From NCBI GenBank assembly GCA_026914245.1, contig CP110439.1:806001-870000 (forward strand): DNA of 64,000 bases. Reading direction: 5' to 3'. The translations under genes and the position numbers were made by a program. Below are positions 37,638 through 48,258 of the stretch, in pieces; within the stretch, counting starts at the first letter, position 1; each line of letters begins with the position of its first letter. The notes below the pieces were generated by a model. The model was not told the DNA's origin. It worked only from the letters and a program-made list of their open reading frames with translations, and did not search any database. Source of the stretch: Puccinia triticina. Lineage: Eukaryota.

Positions 37638-39186
37638 CTAGCTTAACTAAGCCTCTCGAACGGAGGGTCCGGGGGACCCCGCCCGGAGGACTCTCCGCAG
37701 GAGAGGCTTACGCCTAATGTCTGAAGTCTGGCAGGGAAAGGAAGGATATTCAACCCTAAAACCACTAAATAATTATTTAAAAATCAGCAAAATATGTACA
37801 AAAAAACCTGAATAGACAGTTTCATTGGCAGTGCTGATGCGCACCCTCACCCAAGATTTTGAGCAAAAAGCTCCAAAACTGATTGAAGGAATCCGTTTTG
37901 AAGGTCAAAGGTATAATTTATGGAGGGTATCTTGACAAGGATCTGAAATGAGTTGATGGTGTGCGGGTTAGATCTGCCCGACTTTAATGAAGCTTAGTAT
38001 AAGAGAACTCTAACCTGAAATGAGTTGATGGTGTGCGGGTTAGATCTGCCCGACTTTAATGAAGCTTAGTATAAGAGAACCTGATGAGATTCAATAATGT
38101 TCGGAGTGGAGTGTGAACGGCACGACAAAAATAGAAGTCACGATAAAACCAGAGGTTTTTCCTTTCTTTAGTTGTTGATTTGATTGATTGACTAAAAGAG
38201 GAAGAATAATAACAATAACAATAAAACAATACTGACTCTAACCTGAAATGAGTTGATGGTGTGCGGGTTAGATCTGCCCGACTTTAATGAAGCTTAGTAT
38301 AAGAGAACCTGATAAAAATAATGATAAGATATGAAATATTAATATGATGATGATGATGATAAAAGAAGACGATAATCTTGTAATGACCTGATGAGATTCA
38401 ATAATGTTCGGAGTGGAGTGTGAACGGCACGACGAAAATAGGAGTCACGATAAAACCAGACCAGAAACATAAGACAAAGAAAACATAACAAAACAGAAAC
38501 CTTTAGTTTTCCATCATTACCGCCAACCAAGAGAGATGAGTGAATCGATGAACTTACGGTTTTTCCTTTCTTTAGTTGTTGATTTGATTGATTGACTAAA
38601 GAAAGGAAAAACCGCGCGAGAGAGGAATTCGAGTTTTGAAGGTGCTGACGTGTCTTCTCATATTGAATGCGTGTATGCATAGTTGGGCTGATTGGGTTTT
38701 GAAGTCGGGAAATTCAATAAAAGGAACCCTGAAGGATATTACATTGCTCTGAAGATCCATTTTCGGATTTTCTGATAATATGCACAATTGAGTTCCCTAT
38801 ATGCAACAAAATGCAACACTACATGTGTAGGATCTGCGGGTTTGCGGATCCAGGATCCACCAGGCATGATGGTTGCGCATCCTTAGTTTACATTTCTTCA
38901 TGTTTTTTTATTTTTAAACCATTAGTACAGTGCAAATGGTTTGAATTGAGGAGATGAGACCTGTGCCAAATGAAAGCTGAGGTCCAGAAGTATCTTTTGG
39001 CTCTGGGGCAGGTCCACAGGACCTGAGGAGGAGGCTGGCTGAGGCTTAATATTTTTCCTCCAGCCATTTGTGATTTCTTTCCCAGCCAAAATTTTGACAT
39101 TACGCGCAAGTCCCTCCCTGCGGGAGGGGCCGCTTCGCGGCCAGCCACAGCGAGCCTCCCACCAGGGGGGACTTGTGTTAAGTTAG
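37638..39186. mobile_element. MULE-like non-autonomous element with captured exon/intron sequence
   Basis: Ends CTAGCTTAAC...GTTAAGTTAG; 9-bp TSD GGTCGGCGC / GGTCAGCGC (37629-37637, 39187-39195). Confidence 0.85.
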
Positions 39187-41076
39187 GGTCAGCGCCATCT
39201 TGTACTCAGGTATGGCGCGGGGCCTAGATGCCAGGGAGCAACGCCCAGCTGCCGTTCCCCTCTTGCGGGGCCCAGGTGGCGCCCCCGACCGTGTTAAGTG
39301 GGTTCCCCAATCGTCCGGGTGTGTAGAAACAGCCATTCCAGCTTCATTTCTCTTCCCTGGTCGGGGAAGGAGGCGGGAACACCCCCTTCTTCCTCTCCTC
39401 CCACACTTGCCGCGGGGAACTGCGCAGTAGTAACCCGCGGCAAGTACCAGGGTGAGAAGCGACAGCCTAAATGGATAGATATTCACAAATTATTTACCCA
39501 ATACAAATAGTTGGAATTGCCAAGAGCCTTGGCCTCCAGCCTTGCTTGATCTGAGCCGCCAGATATTAGAATTTGCAGAGAAATCTAGGTCCCCAAAGAT
39601 CCCCAAAGTGATCCAGAGTTCAAGATTCCAGATTTCCCTGCAAAATCTGAAATTCCAGATTTATACGTTCATGGAAGTCCCCCAGTGTGGAGGACATCAA
39701 TCTGGAACTTCAGATCCAAGCCAATAGATTTCAGATTTTGCAGGGAAGTCTAGTGCCCCAAAGATCCCTGAAGTGGTCCAGAGTTCCAGATTTCAGATTT
39801 ATTCAAACTCAACGGGAAGTCCCTCACTGTACCTGGTGTGATCACCCACAGGCACTATGGATCTACAGAAAACTGTCCAGATTTTTACTTTGTGGTGTCC
39901 TGTTTGGAACCACAGGTAAAATCTGGACAGCAAAACTGTTAACAATCCAAACAATTTTCATCAACAAGGCCTGCTGTGCTGAGAATCCTGTCTGGGTTTT
40001 GCCCCAAACAGTCATGAGCCTGCTGAGGTCAAAGTCCATTGCATTGATCAAGGAAAACAAGACAACCAAAGTTTTTGGATCATATGAGAAGTTGAATTGT
40101 TGTCAAGTAAGTGCTCAGGCTTTTGTAAATCTGGTCTACATAACCAAGTAGCCCCACCAACATAAGGTACTCAGTGCAATCCCTCAATGTGTTGGCAGCC
40201 AAATAGCTTCATAGTTGTCTGATACTGTTTCTGATACTGTGGAAGCCAAAAGATTATTTAACAAGGTTAGTTTCTCCCTCCCTTTTGGTCTTCCTCTGCT
40301 TTTCACCCATCCTGATCATACAGATCAATAGGGCCCATCCATATTGCCCTATCCTGTGTGAAACCTTCTTACCTCAGAAGGTTTCACAAACTCTCTCACA
40401 CACCATAACCCCAATTGGTCAACTCTCACTGGTCAATACAGTCCTTGTGGTGGAGAAAGAGAATCATGCTGGCCATACATCTTTTTTGGAGGACCTATTT
40501 GGGACACATAAACCACAGGTGAGGTTTTGAAGTTTCAATCCATAAAATTTACTGGAGGGTACAAAAAACCAAAAAGCAATTGGAAAGCTTCCGGTATGCT
40601 CAAAGAACCGGAATCATTCCAATCAAAATTCAGGTTAAAACCAAACTCAAAAAGATGGGTCTGCATTGGAACAAAGCCAAAATGCATTTGACTCCATTCC
40701 ATAAAACATGCTGGAATCTCATTCCAGTTTTTTTCATGTATTTTTCTCAAATATGATGGAGAAAGGCTCACAGAAGCAGGTTTATAGGCTTATATACAAA
40801 AATCACACCAATGACAAACTGATCTGCTAGTGCAGCTGTCAAGCAGCTCATGCAGAGTGACCAGCAGTATGTTGCTGGTTTGACCCCCTCTTTTGTCAAT
40901 GTGACTTGTCCCTCACTCATTTTGACCCTTGAGCAGCCCACAGAGACCCAGACCGGCCTGGAGCAACTCCAAAGCAATTTTGAAACAGGTTGGCAATCCA
41001 AAATAAATCAGGAATTTTCCAGATTTCTTTTTGGTGAATTGCCAGCCGTCAAGGGAAAGTCTGCCCTTGCAGGCGG

Positions 41077-42010
41077 TGTGGAACTACTCAAAGGGGAGAA
41101 TAGAGCTTGGAAGGTAAATGGATAGCAACACTAGTACTAATGTAAGCTATGCAAGGGTGCTGATGAGGCTGCCTTCCTGACTAATGCTGAGGGGATGAGA
41201 GTAACACTAAGAAAAAAGAAGAAAAGGTGTGGCTGATTTCTGCTTGATCTTAGGAGCTAGTACTATGAGCTTTAACTACTGACTACTGAGGGTAAGAGAG
41301 ATGGAGGATTGATGAGAGTGGGGAACTTATAATTTCTGTATCCAAAATTATCTATAAATTCTGTATATATTTCTCTGCATGAGGTACAAGTGAGGGGGGG
41401 GAAGACAATTCTTATATGAAAGGAGGGATGAGCACCGACAATGAAGAGTTCTGGCTATGAGAATGAAGGTTGTACAAATGAGGAAGAGTGATGTGAACAT
41501 AGTAACAGTATGTAATGATGAGCAATGCTGAAAAGGGAATGCTGGTTATGGGAATAAAAGAATGTACTAATGGGGAAAAGTGATGAGAACATAGTAACAA
41601 CTTGTAATGATGAGCACTACTGAAAGAGGTAAGCACAGATCTAATGATGTAATGTGTACAATAGCCATAGTACATAATGAGGAATGTATGTAAAGGGTTT
41701 AGTATGTGAAAGTAATTATGTAAAAGGGATGTACTGTAATGATTCCAGTAAGTTACTAATGAATTGAGTATTGTAACTAATGAAGACTGTAGATTATCTG
41801 TAAGTCTTATATCCTCTATAACTATTGAACCATTGAAGATAAGAGTATACTATGTATGAGTGACTATATGTAAAATTTGATGTAGAATCTGAATATGCAA
41901 TAATAATGAGGTATTTGTGAAGGGTTATGGAGAAATGGGCAATGTAATGATGAATATATTGTAAAAGAAAGCAATAAAATACTACTTATGGTTTGGAATG
42001 GAGCACCACA
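41077..42010 (-). repeat. Gypsy 3' LTR
   Basis: TG..CA; direct repeat of 50866-52441 minus the TRIM insertion. Confidence 0.96.
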
Positions 42011-42025
42011 TCCTCCCCCAACTTA
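42011..42025 (-). promoter_or_regulatory. Polypurine tract of the Gypsy element
   Basis: TAAGTTGGGGGAGGA immediately before the 3' LTR. Confidence 0.88.
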
Positions 42026-42079
42026 TTGTCTGTCCCCAGGCAATGCACCAAAGAGAAGAGTGATCCAGAAAGAGTTGAA

Positions 42080-43020
42080 GAATGTTGAGTCCAAGAGTCC
42101 AAAGTCCAAAGTCCAGTGTTCTTCCTCCAAAAGGTGAAATCCAAAGTCCTGAGTAGCAGTCCAAATCCAGAGTCCAGTGTCCAAAGCCAATTAGAATCCA
42201 AGTATAATCCAAGTCCAGTATATCTGCGTCCAAGGTATCCAAGTCCAATTCAAAGTCCAATAGTCCTATGTATCCAGAGTATCCATAGTCCAGTATCCAA
42301 TCCAAAGAGTCCAGTATCCAAAAGAAGGTCCAATTATCAATGAGGGTTGAATGTTTAAGAAGATCTAACTCTGCTGAAGGCAATATCCTTGAGACAGACA
42401 CATATTAGACTAATTTCCACTCTGGAGAATAATTTTCCCGCCTAACTGAGGCTAAGGAAGAATGCAATGATTGATGATGATTGATTGATTGATTGATGAG
42501 GTTGATAATTGTAATTTCTGAAGGGTGTGAATGATTTGGAATTGAATGACTGGATTTCTGAGTTTCTGAGTATATAATGTAAAGTTCAGTGAAGAGAATT
42601 TGAAGTCCAGAGAGGTTGATAAGCTGTCCAAATAATATTCTTGCTCAAGTTGGGTGGTTTCTGAGCTGCAATGTGTTGGAAGAAATTGATTATAATGATG
42701 AATGAATGAGTGATTGGATTTGTTGATTGAATAATTCCTAGAATACAGGGTGAAGATGATGAAGTTCCAATATTGTGGTGGTTGGATGTCCAGTAATTGC
42801 TATGGGATGGTAAGGAATAATGATGGATGGATGGATTGATTGATGGATGATTGAATTGATTGATGATCCATAATTGATATTAGATGGTAAGGAATAATGA
42901 TGGATGGATGGATTGATGGATAAAAATGAGTGATGATTCCAGAATTGATATTAGATGGTAAGGAATAATGATGGATGGATGGATTGATGGATGGATGATT
43001 GAATTGATTGATGATCCATA
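42080..43020. repeat. Low-complexity tandem repeats in the Gypsy 3' region
   Basis: Degenerate (A)GTCCA(A) units at ~42080-42335; GATG/GATT microsatellite blocks at ~42470 and ~42820-43020. Confidence 0.75.
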
Positions 43021-44135
43021 ATTCTCTTCTCCATGATGATGATTCCCTTTCTTTCCCTTCTTCCTTTTTTTCCATTATTCTTGAGTACTTGACTCCTTTT
43101 AATTTCCCCATGTCCACTACGAAAAAAAGCGTTAATTTTTGTACAGATGAGGAATGGAACATGTGTCCATGCGCGCGTGCTGTCGAAAGAGGGGTCCAGT
43201 TGTCTGAGCGGGGGCTCCAAGCGGGAGGCGCGCGTGCGGAATGACAAAAAGAAAAATAGAAATTGATCGACCTGTATCTCCGGAACGGCTCGATGAAAAT
43301 TCTTGAAACCAAGTTCATTCGAAAGAGGCGATTCTGCAGATTAAAATGGTATATACTGGTTATTTTTAAGCGTTGAGTATCGATTGTGTAGGGCCGGTTA
43401 AAGATCCAAGCAAGACCCGCGGGCGCGCGTAGTAGTAAAGCCGTGCAGATTAAGAGACCACTTCCTCCAGATATAACTCAAAAGCCCGTCGATGAAATTT
43501 TCTAATTACAAGCTCATTTGAAAGGCAAGAAGGAGGAGATGAAACTAGAATAGATTGATATTGAGATTCCTTTCGGCCAATAGGTCGCCGTAAACGTTTA
43601 ATGAATGGCACCCGCGGGGCCGCGTAAATCCTAGGGAAACTTTGAGGGGTTATAACTTCTAAACGGCTCGATAGAATCGTCCAGAACCGAGTTCAAATGA
43701 AAGGCAAGATCGCATTTATGAAGACTGTAATGATCAATATTAAATTTGAAGCCGGCCGACCGATTATTCGAGCGATTAAAGCTTTATTATGATTTTCCGC
43801 GGTTTCCATCGTATAGGAGTTGAAGGGAGATGAATACATGATGAAATACTCTTAAGGTAACGCCAAGGAGCTGTCCAATTAGACTCCTGAAGCTGGCAAA
43901 TCGATTGAAAAAATTTATAGGCGAAAAGAATGACGTGAAAGCGTTCCAAGAATTTAATTAAACTGGGTCGAACACCAGAGTCAACATTAAGAAAATGAAA
44001 GAGAATCCGCGCCACACGATTCTGAGCGGTGAAGGCGTCCATAGTGACGTCATAAAATGAAGAAAAAATGAGTATCTATAAGGCCCCTGGTCGTCGGCCA
44101 ACGGAAAAGTTCCGTTATCGCATTCAATATCCGTA

Positions 44136-45003
44136 ATGTTTGCCTCCAGCGCCACTTCCACGCCTTCTTCGCCGAAAGAAAACCTCGATAACTCATTAGA
44201 TTATTCTTCAAACACGTCCATAACTTCATCTCAACTCGACAAAGCAGCCGTTATTAGCCCCTCTTACGATATCCTGTTTTCCATTCGTCGAGCGCACTCG
44301 GCCGTAGACAACGTCCACGCATATAACTCCGGCATGCGGGACAGTTTCAAACCCGAAGAAATCTACGCCTTGCGCCACTTTATCCAGCAAGGACTCCTTG
44401 CCTTTGCTCGTGAGGACCTTGACGACCCGGTTGCCGCACGAAACGCACGTCTGAGGTTGTATAGCCGATTTCACGACGCCTTTGCACATGTATGTCGAGT
44501 GGATTCTGTATGTAGATGAATAAGAATTTGAAGAGAAAGAAGATTGATTATAATACTGATATTTTTCCCTGTTTCTATTTTGATTTTTAGATGGATACTC
44601 ATTCCATAATAGATGCCATGATAGAGGAAACTGAGGAAAAGAATGCCCTGGAGTTGTTAAGGGTGAGGGACCAAGTGGAAGAGGAGGAAGATGGTTGGAG
44701 GGTAGAAGCAGAAATGGAGAGGATAAGAGCTGAGGGTAAGTTCTATTTTTATTCTTTATTGAGGATTTTTACTAATGTTATGCTTTAATTTTCTTTTGAT
44801 GTCTTTTGATTTTTGATTTTTATTTTTTTTAGATAAGGAGAAGGGAAAAGAGAAGGAGAAGGAGGAAAGTGAAATGGAAGAGGGTGATGTAGTGATAAAA
44901 GAAGAAGAGGTGAGCTTTTGATTTTTATATTTAGTTATTTTATTTGAGAGTGTTTTGAGACTGATTTATATTGATTTATTTCTGATTTGTTTTATAGATT
45001 TGA
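44136..45003 (+). CDS. Antisense, intron-containing accessory gene inside the Gypsy element; 4 exons, 193 aa, function unknown
   Basis: Exons 44136-44489, 44591-44735, 44833-44909, 44998-45003. Donors GTATGT/GTAAGT/GTGAGC, CTRAY-like branch sites, T-rich TAG acceptors; phases 0,1,0 give one open frame. Confidence 0.75.
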
Positions 45004-45087
45004 TTTTATTTTGTTATTATGTTATTGTGTAAGAAGATGAGAAAGAGAAAAGAGGAAAGAAATGAATTGATTATTCCTTATTTGTTT

Positions 45088-48000
45088 TTACCTGGAGTGG
45101 TATTCCTTGACATGAGTTGCAGCAAACCTTCTGGCTAATTCTGTGCCATCCAATTCTTCCAAGATGTAAGATCCTCCTGGGTTTTGAGATTTGATTCTGT
45201 AAGGGCCATTCCATTTATTTTCAAAGAGCTTGCCAAACTGAGAGTCCAAAGATTTATTATACACTACTACTAATTGACCTTTCTTTAGTGGCTGCCTTGA
45301 TGTTTTCTTCTTGTTCCAATAGTCCACAGAGTTCTTCCTGGAATCCATAAGCTGCTGGTGTGCTTGCTGCAAGATGGTATCCCTGTTTTCAAGCTGCTGA
45401 GTCCTAGCCAATAGAAGATCCTGAGTTGATTCTACCTTTGACCAATCCACTCCAAAGAAGGTTTCCAATTCTAGGTCAATGGGTAAGATGGGGGGCTGTC
45501 CAAGAACTAGCTCATAAGGTGAGTATCCAGTTGATCTTTTGGTGGAAATTCTGTCTGCAAATAAAACCAAAGGTAAATAATTCTTCCATTTCTTGCCTTC
45601 CTTTCCACAGAGCTTGACCAAGGTATCCTTAATTGCCTGATGTCCTCTTTCTACCATACCATTTGCTTCAGGATAATAAGGGGTGGTGACTTTGATTTTG
45701 ATTCCAGATTCCAGAAGGGATTTTTGAAATTGTTGTCCAAATTCAGAGCCTCCATCCACTGTGACTGACCAAGGGGCTCCATATCTGTAGATCCAGTTGT
45801 CCAAGAACCACTGGGAGATTTTCTTTGCTTGAATCTTTTCTAGTCCAACTGCTTCTACCCATCCAGAAAGGTCATCTCTTGCAATTACCAGGTATTTCCA
45901 TTTGCCAGCTTTGATGTGAACTGTATCCAAACTGGCTCTTCCAAAGATGGTTGCTGCTCCTGTAGGTTTCTTGGGTTCCATTGGCAATTTTGAACTCCTC
46001 TTCTGGCAAGCTTCACAAGACTGGACCCACTTGGTAACACCTCTCTTGAGACCTGGCCACCAAAATCTGAGTTTAATTCTTCTGTAGGTTTCAGCAATAC
46101 CTCTGTGGCCTAAGGATTCATGAAGGGAATTGAGGATGGAATTCTGAGCTGAAGAGGAGGTGACTACTATCTGGGAGAATGGTTTATTGATCCTGTGCAA
46201 GACTCCATTGGAAAGGAAGAAGTTGGCTGATTTGTGCAAAATTTTCTTGAATTCCAGGCTGCTGCATCCTGGAGGTTTGTTCATGGTTGAAAGGTATTCC
46301 TGGAGGTGCTTCCAAATTCCTTGCTGCAAGTTACTTACCCCCTCCCCCAACTTAGCTGATGTCCCCAGAAGCAGGCCAAAAGTAGAATGTTTAGTTCCAA
46401 ATCCAGGGTGAGGTTTGATCCAGGTTTCATCTTCATCAAAGCTAGGACAGTCATCTTCATCAGAATCAGGGGGTCTTCTTGAAAGTCCATCAGGTAAGGT
46501 GAAAGTTTTTCCAGGAGTGTGAACAAGGTCATAGGAGAATAACTGAATAAATCCAATCCATCTGTTCATAGGGGCATTGGGAAGTGAAGGGTTGTTGATC
46601 ATTCCAATAAGGCACTGGGCATCCACTCTGAGTTGAAAATGTTGGCCCCACAGTTTGGTTTGAAGTTTCTTGAGGATCTTGGCAACACCACAGAGTTCTA
46701 ATTTGGATTGTGAGTATTTTGATTCCCTGGGTGAAAAGACTACTGACTCATATAACACAGGCCTATCCAATCCATCAGAATCCTGTTGAGTAAGAACAGC
46801 ACCTGCAGCAATAACACTGGAGTCCACTGAGAGTTTGATTAAGCCAGCATTAGGTCCATAGTCCAATTTCTTCAGGGTGATATCAGTTCCAACAATCCTT
46901 TTAAGGTCCTCAAAGGCATCCTGGCAATCTTCAGTCCAATCCCAAGAGGAGTCCTTCCTGGTGAGTCTTCTGAGTGGAGCAGTAATGGTTGAGTAATTTT
47001 TAATGAACATTCTAACATATACACAGATACCTAGGAATCCTCTGACATCTGAAGGAGTGGTGGGAGTTGGCCAGGTTTCAATTTTGTTGAGCTTCTTGAT
47101 GGATATCCTTCTGCCTTCCTTACAAACCACATGGCCAACCAGATCCAGAGCAGGTACACAGCAAGCAAATTTCTTCCCAGAGATGGTGAGTCCAGCTTCT
47201 TCAATCCTGAAAAGAATCCTTTCCAGAGTAATGGCATATTCATAGATAAATCTTCTGATCTGGGGGTTGTCCTTTAGAGTTTCTTCATTGTAGTCAGAGG
47301 TTGGTCCTTTTATACCTCCATCATCCACAAAGATTCCCATATGTTGAGGTAATTCATCCTGGAGTATCCACATCATTTGGGCCTGGTAAACTGCAACTGA
47401 ATTGGTGGCTCCTTGGGGTAATCTGGTAAGTTGAAATCTTCCAAGGGGTGTTTCAAAGGTGGTCAAAGGTCTGGATTCTGGAGCTAATTCTCTTTCATCA
47501 TATCCTCCCATAATATCACCTAGTCCATAGCAAGCCCTTCCAGTGAATGATTCAATGAGTTCCTCTGTCTTTGGTGGTAGTCCAGCGTCCTTAATGGTGA
47601 CTTTGTTGAGTTTCTGAAGGTCATGTACAATTCTGAGCTTACCATCCTGCTTCTTTACACAAAATATAGGGCTGGAATAACTGGAAAAGGATTGTTCATA
47701 GAGGCCAGTGCTGAGTCTTTCCCTTACCAATTCTATAACCTGGTCTTTGATGGGTGCAGGGATTGGAATTGGTTTCTGTTGCCAAGGTTCATGAGGAATG
47801 ACTGGAATAATATAAGGCTGTCCATAGGTGTGTTTAAGAAGGCCTCTTTCTGTTTCTACAAAAGCCAAAGCACCTTGTCTAATCACAATTACCCATACCA
47901 GCAGGAGATATTCTTGAGGAGAAAGCCATCCAGGAGGTCCAAAATTGATGAGGTCCAGCCTTTCTTGAGTAATCTTGGAGGTAGGAGTGAATGGTGGAGG

Positions 48001-48258
48001 AAAAGGGCTTAAAGGAGTGAGGTAAGGATCTCTTGAGAGTGGTGGCCTTGACAATGGGGGATTGAGAGATAATGGCATTGGTTGGTTTACTGGTTTTATT
48101 TTTTTTAGAGTTGATTTATATTTTGCTGAATGAGTGACTACAGTTTGTTGCTTTTGGTTGTTTTCCAGGGTTGCAGTTGTAAGAGAGGGGAACTGAAAAC
48201 CTGGTCTCAATCTAAAAAATTTAACAGTCCAGAATTGGAAGGTATGCTGGTTTCCCAC
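45088..48258 (-). CDS. pol: Gypsy Pol (RT, RNase H, integrase), expressed by -1 frameshift
   Basis: LRIVHDLQKLN, RLPQG, FVDD, RNase H (VDSS..ELC), H..GHRG..CEAC zinc finger, VTVDGG..ANGMVER, GPY. 1056 open codons. Confidence 0.96.
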   Translation of the reverse strand: MGNQHTFQFWTVKFFRLRPGFQFPSLTTATLENNQKQQTVVTHSAKYKSTLKKIKPVNQPMPLSLNPPLSRPPLSRDPYLTPLSPFPPPFTPTSKITQERLDLINFGPPGWLSPQEYLLLVWVIVIRQGALAFVETERGLLKHTYGQPYIIPVIPHEPWQQKPIPIPAPIKDQVIELVRERLSTGLYEQSFSSYSSPIFCVKKQDGKLRIVHDLQKLNKVTIKDAGLPPKTEELIESFTGRACYGLGDIMGGYDERELAPESRPLTTFETPLGRFQLTRLPQGATNSVAVYQAQMMWILQDELPQHMGIFVDDGGIKGPTSDYNEETLKDNPQIRRFIYEYAITLERILFRIEEAGLTISGKKFACCVPALDLVGHVVCKEGRRISIKKLNKIETWPTPTTPSDVRGFLGICVYVRMFIKNYSTITAPLRRLTRKDSSWDWTEDCQDAFEDLKRIVGTDITLKKLDYGPNAGLIKLSVDSSVIAAGAVLTQQDSDGLDRPVLYESVVFSPRESKYSQSKLELCGVAKILKKLQTKLWGQHFQLRVDAQCLIGMINNPSLPNAPMNRWIGFIQLFSYDLVHTPGKTFTLPDGLSRRPPDSDEDDCPSFDEDETWIKPHPGFGTKHSTFGLLLGTSAKLGEGVSNLQQGIWKHLQEYLSTMNKPPGCSSLEFKKILHKSANFFLSNGVLHRINKPFSQIVVTSSSAQNSILNSLHESLGHRGIAETYRRIKLRFWWPGLKRGVTKWVQSCEACQKRSSKLPMEPKKPTGAATIFGRASLDTVHIKAGKWKYLVIARDDLSGWVEAVGLEKIQAKKISQWFLDNWIYRYGAPWSVTVDGGSEFGQQFQKSLLESGIKIKVTTPYYPEANGMVERGHQAIKDTLVKLCGKEGKKWKNYLPLVLFADRISTKRSTGYSPYELVLGQPPILPIDLELETFFGVDWSKVESTQDLLLARTQQLENRDTILQQAHQQLMDSRKNSVDYWNKKKTSRQPLKKGQLVVVYNKSLDSQFGKLFENKWNGPYRIKSQNPGGSYILEELDGTELARRFAATHVKEYHSR

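Noticed and set aside
38388..38450. Possible hammerhead ribozyme (CTGATGAG...CGAAA)
   Set aside because: Stems II and III cannot be formed around the core, and the second copy lacks the GAAA.
39500..41076. Degenerate coding-like sequence flanking the Gypsy (continues at 52446-53230)
   Set aside because: Short broken ORFs, CpG-depleted, with no motif or termini I can identify.
41412..41675. Identical 87-aa ORFs at 41412 and 51843
   Set aside because: Both lie in the LTRs; identity reflects LTR duplication and the composition is non-coding.
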